64,000 nucleotides of DNA, taken from an uncultured Candidatus Saccharibacteria bacterium (GTDB taxonomy: Bacteria > Patescibacteriota > CPR2 > UBA1875 > CAIMLA01). The position numbers were made by a program, and so were the translations under genes. Location: the NCBI GenBank assembly GCA_964594415.1, contig CAZQLQ010000001.1, forward strand, positions 28,850 to 92,849, written 5' to 3'. The stretch's first letter is position 1, and every line of letters begins with the position of its first letter. The notes below the pieces were generated by a model. The model had not been told where the DNA came from. It did not search any database and saw nothing but the letters and a program-made list of their open reading frames with translations. Of the stretch, positions 50,851 through 61,600 are shown piece by piece.

Positions 50851-51512
50851 AGGGGTCTTTATATATTGTTTCTACGCCTATTGGAAATTTGGGCGATATA
50901 ACCTTGAGGGCAGTCGAAACCTTCAAGAAAGTCGATTTGATAGCATGTGAAGATACGAGACATTCACTTGGTCTACTTAACCATCTTGAAATAAAAAAGC
51001 CGCTAATAAGTTTTCACCAGTTTTCCGGAATTTCTAAGGTTGAAAAACTACTAGAGTTATTGAATGAAGGAAAGAGTATTGCATTGATTTCAGATGCAGG
51101 AACGCCAGGCGTGAGTGATCCGGGGGAGCAAATTATTAAGGCTGCTATTAATGAAAATATTAATGTAATTCCGGTACCGGGAGTCTCGGCTGCAATTACG
51201 GCTCTTTCTGTTTCTGGAATTGATACAAGTGAATTTATTTTTATCGGTTTTTTGCCGCATAAAAAAGGTAGACAGACAAAGCTTAAAGAATTAGCTCTCG
51301 AAAAGCGAACAATTATTTTGTACGAATCGCCGTTTAGAGTCAAAAAAATGTTGAATGAATTATTAGAATTTTTCGGTGACAGGAAGGTTTGTGTATCAAG
51401 AGAGCTTACGAAAAAATTTGAGGAAACGCTGCGCGGAAAGATTTCTGAGGTTTTACCACAAATAAAAGAAAAAGGCGAATTTGTAGTTGTTGTAGAGGCC
51501 AGAAATGATTAA
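50847..51512 (+). CDS. rsmI: 16S rRNA (cytidine1402-2'-O)-methyltransferase
   Basis: LYIVSTPIGNLGDITLRA and the tetrapyrrole-methylase fold. Confidence 0.85.
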   Translation: MKGSLYIVSTPIGNLGDITLRAVETFKKVDLIACEDTRHSLGLLNHLEIKKPLISFHQFSGISKVEKLLELLNEGKSIALISDAGTPGVSDPGEQIIKAAINENINVIPVPGVSAAITALSVSGIDTSEFIFIGFLPHKKGRQTKLKELALEKRTIILYESPFRVKKMLNELLEFFGDRKVCVSRELTKKFEETLRGKISEVLPQIKEKGEFVVVVEARND

Positions 51513-51588
51513 GGTGCGGGAATACTATTTAAGACTCCCGAACAATTCCAAAATGATTTAAAATCTATACTAGACGAGGAGAATAATC

Positions 51589-53061
51589 ATGCAGAATAAA
51601 TATTTTTATGTAACAACCCCAATATATTATGTGAATGCGGCACCGCATTTAGGCAGTGCCTATACGACTATAGCTGCAGACGTTTTGGCTAGGCATTATC
51701 GATCTAAATACGGAAAAGAAAATGTTTTTTTTATGACTGGAACTGACGAACATGGAGCAAAAATACAGGAAATAGCCGAAAAAGCAGGCAAGTCACCCAA
51801 AGAGTTTACGGACGAAATCTCGGAAGAATTTAAGAAAGCCTGGAAAAACTTGAATATTAATTACGATTATTTTATTCGCACCACTGATAAGCATCACGAA
51901 GATGCTGTTGCAAAGATTACTCAACAACTTTATGATCAAGGCGATATTTACAAAGGAAATTACCAGGCGCTTTATTGCGTAGGTTGTGAGCAGTATAAGA
52001 CCAAATCAGAGCTTGTTGACGGCAAAATTTGTCCTGACCATAACCGCGAATGTGAAATTCACGAAGAAGAGGCGTATCTTTTCAAGCTTTCGAAATATGA
52101 GGATCGGCTTAAAGAGTTGATAGAAAAAGACGAGATCTTGATTCGTCCCGAAACACGTAAGAACGAGATTCTTTCGTTTATTCGAGGTGGTCTTGAAGAT
52201 GTTGCGGTTTCTAGGAAAAAGGAAAATGTATCATGGGGAGTTGATCTTCCTTTTGACAAAAATCATACGGTCTATGTTTGGATAGATGCGTTCTTAAATT
52301 ATCTTACGGGCTTGGGTTGGCCAGAAGACACTGCAAAATCTGATAATTTTTGGCCGGCAGATGTTCAATTGATGGCAAAGGATATAATTCGCGTACATTC
52401 GACAATTTGGCAGGCGATGCTTCTAGCTCTCGGATTGCCTACGTCTAAACAGCTTTTTGTCCACGGTTATTTTACGGTAAATGGCAAGAAGATGAGTAAA
52501 ACTCTCGGCAACGTACTCGAACCAAATGCCCTTGTTGAAAAATTTGGTGCAGATGCGGTTCGATATGCAGTTCTAAGAGAATTCCCATTCGGAACAGATG
52601 GCGATGTTTCGGAAGAAAAAATCGCGGATAGATATAACTATGATTTAGCGAATGGGGTCGGAAATTTATTGCAGAGGACAATTGTTTTAGTTAATAAATT
52701 TAATATTCCAGTAACAAATAAAAAGATGGAGCTTGTAGGGAACGATGTGGGGGGTACTTGGAAACACAAAGATGAAATTAACAATATGATAGAAAATCTT
52801 GATTTCTCCAATGCTCTTTTTGATATCTGGACGTATTATATAAAACCAGCTAATGAGCTAATGGAAACCGAAAAACCATGGGAGTTGGCAAAGACTGACA
52901 TAGAAGGGGCAACGAAGGTTCTTGATTATTGTATGAAAAATCTAAATACTATTTCTGAGTTGATTGCACCATTTATGCCAGATACTTCAGAGAAAATGAA
53001 AAAACAGTTAGAAACATTAGTGCCTGAGCCATTATTTCCAAGATTACAAAAGGAGGAGTAA
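51589..53061 (+). CDS. metG: methionine--tRNA ligase (short form)
   Basis: A HIGH-like HLGSAYT motif, the KMSKT motif (KMSKTLGN), and Zn-knuckle Cys residues. Confidence 0.9.
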   Translation: MQNKYFYVTTPIYYVNAAPHLGSAYTTIAADVLARHYRSKYGKENVFFMTGTDEHGAKIQEIAEKAGKSPKEFTDEISEEFKKAWKNLNINYDYFIRTTDKHHEDAVAKITQQLYDQGDIYKGNYQALYCVGCEQYKTKSELVDGKICPDHNRECEIHEEEAYLFKLSKYEDRLKELIEKDEILIRPETRKNEILSFIRGGLEDVAVSRKKENVSWGVDLPFDKNHTVYVWIDAFLNYLTGLGWPEDTAKSDNFWPADVQLMAKDIIRVHSTIWQAMLLALGLPTSKQLFVHGYFTVNGKKMSKTLGNVLEPNALVEKFGADAVRYAVLREFPFGTDGDVSEEKIADRYNYDLANGVGNLLQRTIVLVNKFNIPVTNKKMELVGNDVGGTWKHKDEINNMIENLDFSNALFDIWTYYIKPANELMETEKPWELAKTDIEGATKVLDYCMKNLNTISELIAPFMPDTSEKMKKQLETLVPEPLFPRLQKEE

Positions 53062-53065
53062 ATAT

Positions 53066-54262
53066 ATGTTGTTGGGCGAACATCAAGATACGCATCACCA
53101 TCTTTTTAGAATTAGATTCACAGAGCTAAACGAAATTTACACAGTAATGAGCTTGCGTTCATTTGCGCTCTCGATGATAGGTATTTTCGTCCCTATTTAT
53201 CTTTTCAGTAACGGTTACGGACTTAGGCAGATTTTTGCTTTCTATCTATCACTCTATTTTATAGAATTTTTATTTGAGTACTTTTCGGCACGCTTAATTA
53301 TAAAATTTGGTCCGTTACACGTGGTCGCGTTCAGCTTTCCGTTCTTGATTACTTACTATTGGCTCCTAAAAACCTTAAATGTATATCATTGGCCATTGTT
53401 CATAATTGTGTTTAGTTGCGCAATTACTCTTAGTTTTTTCTGGCAAGCCTATCATTATGATTTTTCAAAAACAAAACATAGTAATAAAGCTACTAGTGAT
53501 GTGAGCAGGTTATATATAATATTAGCGATCCTGGGAACAGTCGGGCCTTTAGTTGGTGGTTTTGTAGCAACGAGCTATGGTATTTCTACCTTATTTACTA
53601 TTGTTATCACGATTCTCTTAGTTGCGATTATTCCTTTACTCAATTCGGATCAGAGTCATAAACAAACTAAGTTCAATTTAAAGAAAATTAAAATAAAAAA
53701 CATCAAAAGGGATCTTATTTCTTATGCTGGGAACGGAATGGAAGGAGCTACAGCGGCAGTAGTTTGGCCGATTTTTGTTTTTTTGATTGTGGGAAGCTAT
53801 CAAAAAGTAGGTATCGTTACTTCTGCAGCGTTAATTCTTACTGTTATTATTACTTACACCGTTGGGAAAAAAGCAGATATGAGCAATCGTCATAAGTATA
53901 TCAGGATAGGAAGTACGCTGAATGGAATTGTTTATTTTTTACAAACGCTAGCTAGTACAATTGTTCATGTTTTCGTTTTCAATCTTTTGGGCAGTATAGT
54001 CGGGTCTATTAAGGCTGCGCCGTATACTTCCGAATATTATTTACACGCAGATGAAACAAGCAGATCTGAGTATGTTTTTCTAATGGAATCAGTCATTGAT
54101 ATTTCAAGGGTTTTATATTTTGCTATTCTTTTTTCCTTGACTTTTGTTTTTCCTGAACAAAAAACCATTTTAATTATTGGCTTAATCCTAGGTGGTTTTG
54201 GCGCTTTCCTTTTAGGTTTAATGCCTCCTGCGAATAGCGAGAAAAAAAATGAAGCTAATTGA
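53066..54262 (+). CDS. polytopic membrane protein, possible MFS-type transporter
   Basis: About 11 TM helices; 398 aa. Its stop overlaps the tatD start. Confidence 0.5.
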   Translation: MLLGEHQDTHHHLFRIRFTELNEIYTVMSLRSFALSMIGIFVPIYLFSNGYGLRQIFAFYLSLYFIEFLFEYFSARLIIKFGPLHVVAFSFPFLITYYWLLKTLNVYHWPLFIIVFSCAITLSFFWQAYHYDFSKTKHSNKATSDVSRLYIILAILGTVGPLVGGFVATSYGISTLFTIVITILLVAIIPLLNSDQSHKQTKFNLKKIKIKNIKRDLISYAGNGMEGATAAVVWPIFVFLIVGSYQKVGIVTSAALILTVIITYTVGKKADMSNRHKYIRIGSTLNGIVYFLQTLASTIVHVFVFNLLGSIVGSIKAAPYTSEYYLHADETSRSEYVFLMESVIDISRVLYFAILFSLTFVFPEQKTILIIGLILGGFGAFLLGLMPPANSEKKNEAN

Positions 54263-55049
54263 TTCCCACGCTCATCTAGATTTCTCTGATTTCACAGAGG
54301 ATTTGGATTTGGTTATCAATAGGGCTAGAGATCTTGGGATTGAGAAAATAATAAATATTGGTGCCGATCTTGAGCGGAGCAAGAAGTCAATCCAAATTGC
54401 AGATAAATACGAAAACATTTGGGCAACAATCGGTATTCATCCGGAGGAAGCTCATAAAATAAAAATTGATGATTCACTAGTTGGTCTTGAAAAAATGCTA
54501 GAAACTTCAAATAAAGTGGTTGCGATTGGCGAGTGCGGATTAGATTACTTCTGGTCTGAGAAAAAAGATGAGAACAACAATATAAAGAATCTTCAAAAAA
54601 GATTATTTGAAGGCCATTTGGAATTGGCCTCGAAGCGTAATTTGCCTGTTGTTATTCATATTAGAAATGGTGGGGATGATTCTGCGGCAGAAGAAGCATA
54701 CGATATCCTGTCTTTGAGTAATGTACATAGCGGAGTTGTACATTGTTTTACGTTGAGTAGTGATTGGGCAAAAAAGTTTATAAATTTGGGTTTTTACATT
54801 GGTTTTACAGGAATTATTACTTATAAGAATACTGATTCCATAAAAAACGCTGCTAGTCAGTTGCCGATAAGCAAAATATTAATTGAGACAGATTGTCCTT
54901 TTCTGGCCCCACAGGCTTTTAGGGGCAAGAGAAATGAGCCAGCTTATGTCGTTGAAGTGGCAAAAAAAATTGCTGAAATAAAAGATATTAGCCTAGAAGA
55001 GGTTGGTGAGGCAACTTCAAAAAATGCTGAGGATTTATTTGATATTTAA
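54249..55049 (+). CDS. tatD: TatD-family metal-dependent hydrolase/DNase
   Basis: The IDSHAHLDF metal-binding start motif; 266 aa. Confidence 0.85.
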   Translation: MKLIDSHAHLDFSDFTEDLDLVINRARDLGIEKIINIGADLERSKKSIQIADKYENIWATIGIHPEEAHKIKIDDSLVGLEKMLETSNKVVAIGECGLDYFWSEKKDENNNIKNLQKRLFEGHLELASKRNLPVVIHIRNGGDDSAAEEAYDILSLSNVHSGVVHCFTLSSDWAKKFINLGFYIGFTGIITYKNTDSIKNAASQLPISKILIETDCPFLAPQAFRGKRNEPAYVVEVAKKIAEIKDISLEEVGEATSKNAEDLFDI

Positions 55050-55093
55050 TAGTTGTTTTTTATCGTTTATAATTTAGAAAATGGGGGATAACT

Positions 55094-55927
55094 ATGGATG
55101 AAAGAAAAGGGGAAACTATTGAGCAGATAATGCGCAGGGATGAATCTGAAGAATTAAGAAAAATTAATAAGGTTAAGGCAAAAAAAGGGCTTTCGGGTAT
55201 TTGGGTTTCAATTATTTCTGTTGCTATAACTCTAGCTGTTGTTGCAGGCGGCTATTTCGGTTGGCAGTATTATGGCAAGCAAAAGGGAGATGTTTCCGCA
55301 ACAACAACTACTACTACTTCTACTACAATCGATATAGAATCTTCAACGACTACTACGACAAAAGTATCCGAAACGAACAGCATTATCTATGTTAATACAA
55401 CGGACGGTTTGCGTTTAAGAGCTACCGCCTCAACTTCTGCTGAAATATTAGAAACAATGCCTTTTGGTGCGAAGTTAACTTTAGCCGAAACTAGCGGCGA
55501 ATGGTCAAAGGTTACTCATGGCAGTAAAACAGGTTGGTGTATGACGGCTTATACTTCAAAGACAAATCCTCTTATTTTTAACAATACTGACTATGGATTT
55601 CGTCTAACTTTCCCGGAATCTTGGTATAGTGTTGATCTAACCAAAAGAACAACTGTAGATTCTGGCGCGACTGCATATTTTGATGCGTTTTTATCCACGA
55701 GCGATACTACTTGGGATTCTGGCTTGGGAAAATCATCTATGTTTGTAATTGGGATTTACACAAAAACACAGTGGGCGGTGGTTTCGGCGGGGGAAATTAA
55801 GCCTGGACTTCTTGGGGAGGGATCTAATTATGTTTATACATATTCTCCTTCGCAAGCTACGCCTAGTGATTTAATGAGTAAAAGAGATGATATAAATAAT
55901 ATTGTTAAAACATTTGAGGTATTGTAA
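55094..55927 (+). CDS. membrane-anchored SH3b-domain surface protein (paralog of the 34872 gene)
   Basis: A TM helix, a poly-Thr linker, an SH3b-like segment (GLRLRATASTSAEILE..GEWSKVTHGSKTGWC), then a DYGFRLTFPESW domain comparable to NGFKIKYPKGW. Confidence 0.55.
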   Translation: MDERKGETIEQIMRRDESEELRKINKVKAKKGLSGIWVSIISVAITLAVVAGGYFGWQYYGKQKGDVSATTTTTTSTTIDIESSTTTTTKVSETNSIIYVNTTDGLRLRATASTSAEILETMPFGAKLTLAETSGEWSKVTHGSKTGWCMTAYTSKTNPLIFNNTDYGFRLTFPESWYSVDLTKRTTVDSGATAYFDAFLSTSDTTWDSGLGKSSMFVIGIYTKTQWAVVSAGEIKPGLLGEGSNYVYTYSPSQATPSDLMSKRDDINNIVKTFEVL

Positions 55928-56125
55928 ATGAGTAAAATTGATCTTGAAACTCTAGAAAAAGAAGTAACAACTTGCGAGTCGCTATCAAAGAATAGTGAGT
56001 GTAAGTGGGGAAAATGCAAGGACTGCGGTGTGGTTCCGTTACTCTATAAATTGGGTATAGACAGATTATTGGAAGAACCTGAAGATATTTTAGAGGCGAA
56101 AAGACGGCATCTAACTGATATATAA
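55928..56125 (+). CDS. small Cys-rich hypothetical protein
   Basis: 65 aa with a CKWGKCKDCG motif. Uncertain whether it is expressed. Confidence 0.3.
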   Translation: MSKIDLETLEKEVTTCESLSKNSECKWGKCKDCGVVPLLYKLGIDRLLEEPEDILEAKRRHLTDI

Positions 56126-56191
56126 TTCTTGACAAATGTTACCTTAAAAGTTACCCTAGATGTAGGGTAACTTTTTATTTGAGGAAAAAAA

Positions 56192-56419
56192 ATGAAGGAA
56201 AAATTTATAACAACAAATGAGCTTGCCAATGATGCTTCAAAGATTTTGCGTAACTTAAAAAAAGGCGAAGGGACAGTAATCTTAAGGTATTCAGAACCGG
56301 TAGGCGTGCTTATATCTTACGAAGATTATAAGAGGATTGAAAATTTAGAAGTTGAGTTTATTCAAGAATGCAAAACATGTTTGGCCAATACCAAGAGAAT
56401 GAGAAAGGATTTAGAATAA
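56192..56419 (+). CDS. Phd/YefM-like antitoxin-fold protein (orphan)
   Basis: ..GTVILRYSEPVGVLISYEDYKRIENLE resembles the Phd/YefM N-terminal fold. No toxin gene follows. Confidence 0.45.
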   Translation: MKEKFITTNELANDASKILRNLKKGEGTVILRYSEPVGVLISYEDYKRIENLEVEFIQECKTCLANTKRMRKDLE

Positions 56420-57639
56420 TGATTTATATGGATCATGCAGCCACTACGCCAGTCAGTAAAAAGGTTTTTGAGGAAATGGAGCCTTATTTTTCTAAGTTTT
56501 TTGGTAATGCTTCGAGCGTGTATTCTGTAGGCTGTAAAGCAAGAGCAGTTGTAGAAAATTCTCGCGAAAAAATTGCTGGCTTGATTGGTGCTGAAAAACC
56601 GGGAGAAGTTATTTTCACAAGCGGGGCAACTGAAGCAAACAATTTGGCAATAAAAGGTGTAGCTTTTTATGTATCACAAGTCTTGAAGAAAAAACCGCAT
56701 ATCATTATTTCTTCAATTGAACATCATTGTGTTTTGGATACTGCGAAATACCTTGAAAAGTATTTTGGCTTTGAGGTAACATATTTGCCGGTGAATAAAG
56801 AAGGGGTTGTCGACCTAGAATTTTTGAAAAATTCAATAAAAGACAACACGGTAATGGTTTCTGTTATGTACGGGAACAATGAAATGGGGGCAGTAGAACC
56901 GATTGCTGAAATTGGGAATATTGTAAAAGAAGCGAAAGAAAAGAGAAAAGAAGAAGATTCATTGCCAATTATTTTTCATACCGATGCGGTTCAGGCATTT
57001 CAGTACATCGATATCGATGTGAATAAGCTTGGCATAGATATGCTTTCTCTTACAGCTCATAAATTTTATGGCCCTAAAGGCATTGGAATTTTATACGTGA
57101 AGGATGGAGTTAGATTTTTGCCGCAACAGCAAGGGGGTTCTCAAGAGCAGGGACGTAGAGCAGGTACCGAAAATGTTCCCTACATTGTCGGAATGTCTAC
57201 CGCGATGCAGGAAGCTGTGAGAAACCGTAAAAAAAGCACAGAGGAAGTAAAAAAACTTAGAGATTATATGATAAAAAGAATTCTTACAGAGATACCAAAT
57301 GTCGAACTTATTGGGCCAAAAGATGCTGAAAACAGATTGCCGCACATTTCAAATTTTTTATTCAAAGGAGTTGAGGGCGAGTCTATTCTTCTCAATCTGG
57401 ATATATTCAGTATATGTGCGTCATCTGGTTCTGCCTGCACATCCGGATCGTTGGAATCTTCTCACGTGACAAGAGCGATGGGGTATTCTCATATGGAGTC
57501 ACATGGTGCTATCCGTTTCAGCTTTGGTGCTCTTTCCAGCGAAGACGACATAGACAAACTAATGCAGTATTTGCCGAATATCGTAGAAAAATTAAGGGCG
57601 ATGAGCCCGATAAAAGGAGATATATGCCAATCGCAATAA
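56419..57639 (+). CDS. iscS: cysteine desulfurase (IscS/NifS family)
   Basis: The PLP-Lys motif SLTAHKFYGPKG and active-site SSGSACTSGS. I chose the start MIYMDHAATTPV. Confidence 0.9.
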   Translation: MIYMDHAATTPVSKKVFEEMEPYFSKFFGNASSVYSVGCKARAVVENSREKIAGLIGAEKPGEVIFTSGATEANNLAIKGVAFYVSQVLKKKPHIIISSIEHHCVLDTAKYLEKYFGFEVTYLPVNKEGVVDLEFLKNSIKDNTVMVSVMYGNNEMGAVEPIAEIGNIVKEAKEKRKEEDSLPIIFHTDAVQAFQYIDIDVNKLGIDMLSLTAHKFYGPKGIGILYVKDGVRFLPQQQGGSQEQGRRAGTENVPYIVGMSTAMQEAVRNRKKSTEEVKKLRDYMIKRILTEIPNVELIGPKDAENRLPHISNFLFKGVEGESILLNLDIFSICASSGSACTSGSLESSHVTRAMGYSHMESHGAIRFSFGALSSEDDIDKLMQYLPNIVEKLRAMSPIKGDICQSQ

Positions 57640-58235
57640 ATTATAAAATTTGTGACAATTTCTCTGAGTGTCCATGTATAGCAGCTTGCCCTTGCGACGT
57701 GATTTACTATGATGAAATAAAGGGGAAATTAGTAGCCGATAACAGTAAATGCAAGTCTTGCGGCAAATGTGTTGGGGCGTGTGAGATTGGTGCAATTTCA
57801 TTAGCAAAAACCGATGAAGAGCTAACGACAATTTTAAAAGAGATAGAAGACGATCCTAGAAAAGCTTCGGATTTATTTGTCGATAGGTACGGTGCCCAGC
57901 CGATTCTTGAAACATTTTTAATAGAAGAAATAAATTTAGAAAAGAGATTAGACAATACTAATAAATTGGTTGTGGTTGAGCTATTTGACGAAAACTCGAT
58001 CCAATGCCTACTTCACTCAATACCGATAAAAGACTTATTTGACATAGAAGATTATGAGTATTATAGAGTTGAGATAAAGAATAGTGATCTTACAAGCAAA
58101 TATTCAGTAAAAAATTTGCCTTCACTGTTATTCTTTAAAAAGGGGAATCTGTTTGACAAAATTGAGGGATATTATGCCGATACTCAAGTAAATGAGTTTA
58201 AGCAAAAAATTAAAACTATCGTTAAGGAAAGATAA
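57624..58235 (+). CDS. 4Fe-4S ferredoxin-domain protein fused to a thioredoxin-like (no CxxC) domain
   Basis: I chose the internal ATG at 57624. CPCIAACPCD and CKSCGKCVGACE motifs. It sits between iscS and iscU. Confidence 0.5.
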   Translation: MPIAINYKICDNFSECPCIAACPCDVIYYDEIKGKLVADNSKCKSCGKCVGACEIGAISLAKTDEELTTILKEIEDDPRKASDLFVDRYGAQPILETFLIEEINLEKRLDNTNKLVVVELFDENSIQCLLHSIPIKDLFDIEDYEYYRVEIKNSDLTSKYSVKNLPSLLFFKKGNLFDKIEGYYADTQVNEFKQKIKTIVKER

Positions 58236-58624
58236 TGGCTGAATTGTATAACAAAGAAGTGATGGATCATTTTATGAACCCCAGAAATGTGGGTGAGATT
58301 GAAGATGCAAATGGAGTGGGGCAGGTCGGAAATCCGAGATGTGGGGACATTATGAAAATATATATTGATATTGAAAAAGAAGGCGGAAAAGAAATAATTA
58401 AAAATATAAAGTTTCAAACATTTGGCTGCGGTGCGGCGATTGCTACATCAAGTATGATTACTGAACTTGTGAAGGGCAAGTCAATCGAAGAAGCCGAAAA
58501 GGTTACAAATAAAGACGTCGCGAAAGCACTTCATGGGTTGCCACCTGTCAAGATGCACTGCTCAAATCTTGCCGCTTCAGCTCTAAGAAAAGCAATTGAA
58601 GACTATAAGGCCAAAAAGATTTAA
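58235..58624 (+). CDS. iscU: Fe-S cluster assembly scaffold IscU/NifU-like
   Basis: The GNPRCGD, GCGAAIA and HCSNLAA conserved Cys motifs; 129 aa. Confidence 0.9.
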   Translation: MAELYNKEVMDHFMNPRNVGEIEDANGVGQVGNPRCGDIMKIYIDIEKEGGKEIIKNIKFQTFGCGAAIATSSMITELVKGKSIEEAEKVTNKDVAKALHGLPPVKMHCSNLAASALRKAIEDYKAKKI

Positions 58625-58695
58625 TTTCATTTACCTTTTTCTTTGTGATTGCTAATATATATCCTAGTAGAATATGTTTATATTTTGGAGGGTAA

Positions 58696-61600
58696 GTGCT
58701 GTCAATTAAGCCCAGACTGGCTAGTTTATATAAGAAAAAATGTTCTGATATAAAAGATTTTAAAGTTACTAAAAAATTTGAATATTTTGTATTTTTTGCT
58801 TTTTTTATCAGTTTGTTAAGTTCTCAAGCTTATTTACCTGCAATCTTAAAATCTGATCTGCTCAAGATAAAAACTGTTCTTGCTGACGGAACGCCTGTTC
58901 AAGTTTCTGCTGGTAATGGTCATGCCTGCATTGTCAAAAGCGATGGAACTGTCTGGTGTTGGGGGGCAAATTATTATGGACAGTTAGGTGATAGTACGGA
59001 TGAGACTCGACATACCCCCATCCAGGTTGTTGGAGTGGGTGGAATCGGATTTTTGACAGACATCGTTGCTGTAAATGCTGGATGGCAGCACACTTGTGGA
59101 CTTAAAAATGACGGAACTGTTTATTGCTGGGGAGATAATGCGGATGGAGAACTTGGAAACAATGATTATACAGATAGTTATGTTCCTGTTCAGGTACTAG
59201 GAGTTGGCGGAACAGGATTTCTAAATGATATTAAGGCTATCGGAGCCGGGTACAATGACTCTTGTGCACTAACAAACAGTGGCTTGATGTATTGTTGGGG
59301 AGATAATGCGGATGGCCAGTTAGGGGACAATTCAACGACTGGAAGCCCTGTTCCTGTACAGGTGGTAGGTGCCGGAGGCGCAGGATTTCTAAATGATATT
59401 AGTAAGATTGAGCTTGGTCTTGGTCATGCATGTGCGGTTAAGAATGACGGAACGGCTTATTGTTGGGGGGATAGTTATACCCCTTTGGGTGACGGCACTT
59501 CGAATAGTAGTCAAGTCCCTGTACAGGTGGTAGGCGTTGGCGGAGTCGGGTTCTTAAGCAATATAGCAGATATTACTACGGACGACGGTTTTTCGTGCGC
59601 TTTAACAAATGATGGCTATGTATATTGTTGGGGGGATAACGGTGATGGCCAACTTGGAGATGGTAATGGCGGAACTTACGGGGATGAATCACTTACTCCT
59701 GTTCAGGTTCTTGGTGTGGGAGGTGTGGGGCTTCTCTCAAATATTCAGCACATAAGCAATGGAACTATGCATGCCTGTGCATTAGACTCAGGAGGTAATG
59801 TATATTGTTGGGGATGGAAAGAAGAAACTGGCACTAATGACGGTTCCTGGGATCCGCAAACTACACCAATACAGACACATGGCTTAGAAGATGTAGGGTT
59901 TCTATCGGATATCTTTACTTTCGCCGCAGGAGATTATTTTACTGTAGCAATTGATACAGCCGGAACTGTATATAGTTGGGGTGAAAATTATGAAGGGGAT
60001 CTCGGTGATTGGACCGAAGTTGATAGATATGTTCCTGTTAAGGTGGTCTCAAGTGCTTCCTCGGCTGGGTATCTAGATAATGTCGTAGGCGTTGGGACGG
60101 CTGATGATGGATCCTGTATTATTAAGGATGACGGAACAGTTTGGTGCTGGGGGAATGGCGAACCCGTGCCTGTCCAATTGAGGGGACCAGGAGGAGTGGG
60201 TTTCTTTGAGGATGCCGTTTCGATTAGCAAAAGTGCAATGGGTAATCATTTTTGTGTTGTTAAAAGCGACGGAACGGTATGGTGTTGGGGGAGTAACTCA
60301 GATGGACAACTCGGTGATGGTACAACAACAAGTAGCTATGATTATCCTATACAAGTTGTCGGAGAAGGTGGTGTGGGGTATTTGACAGATGTTAAGATGG
60401 TCTCGGGTGCGTATTTCGGTACTTGTGCTCTTAAAAATGATGGTACGGTGTGGTGCTGGGGGTATAATGGCGGCGGTGCATTAGGAAATAACAGCACTAC
60501 TGATGTGTATACTCCGGTGCAAGTACATGGAGTTAATGACGTCGGATTTTTAACTGACATAAAATATATTTCAACTGGCGGATATCACGGCTGTGCAATA
60601 AAAACGGATGATTCTCTATACTGTTGGGGAAGTAATAGTAGCGGTCAACTTGGTGATAATACGACTTTAAATAAATTGACTCCCATCCAAGTCTTAGGAG
60701 CTGGCGGCATTGGTAATCTTACCGATGTCAGAAGCGTGGCGATGGGGTGGCTGCATACATGCGCTTCAAAAAACGACGGTACTGCTTATTGTTGGGGGAG
60801 AAATTATGCGGGTCAAGTCGGCAATGGCGTAATCGGCGGATTCGGTTCTCATGTAGATGCTCCTAGCCAAGTTATAGGAGTAGGAGGGGTAGGATATTTA
60901 ACAGGCGTTGATACGGTAGCAGCATCCAGAGACGGGTCTTATGCTAAGATGCTTGATGATACGGCGTTTTATTGGGGAGGTACCCCTACACAGCGTTCAG
61001 GTGTTGAAGACGAGCAGTATCTTGTTAATGTTGCTGATATTGCAGGAGGTTATTCGCATCTAGTTTCTCTTTTGAATGACGGAACGGTATATTGTACGGG
61101 TTGGGGTAGTGGTAACGGATGGGACAGCGATTCTTTGGTTTGGTCAGGTATTAATGCATGTTATTTCAATGCCTATGGAGACCCAATTTGCTCTAGTGGT
61201 CCGTCTCCTTCACAAAGTGCTGCCAATTCTGTCATTTCAGGCAGTGAAACAGGTAACTTAGTTACGATTACTGTAACAATCCACGATACGGACGATAATC
61301 CATATACTTCAGGTGGTGACACGGTCACAGTCCTCATAACTGGAGCAAATCCATCTACTCCATCAGTAATAGATAATAGTGACGGAACCTATACTGTAAC
61401 TTATACTTCAACAAGTGACGGTACTGACATAGTAACAGCTACTTTAAACGGAGTTGCAATTGGTAATGATACCGATGGGGTAAGTGACGGAGTCTATCAT
61501 TTGAATGTTACTGCTCCTTTTTCTCCTACTCCAACTACAACCAAACCAAAATCATCTCCTCTAACTCCTTTTCAACCCGTAGACGAGAATATCGCAGACG

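Noticed and set aside
55928-56419. Toxin-antitoxin pair
   Set aside because: Only a Phd/YefM-like fold is detectable. The upstream 65-aa ORF and the downstream iscS gene do not resemble any toxin family. I treat it as an orphan antitoxin or regulator.
57414-57623. Upstream extension of the ferredoxin-like ORF overlapping the iscS 3' end
   Set aside because: The extension lies entirely within iscS coding sequence in another frame. An internal ATG with aaggaga upstream is the more plausible start.
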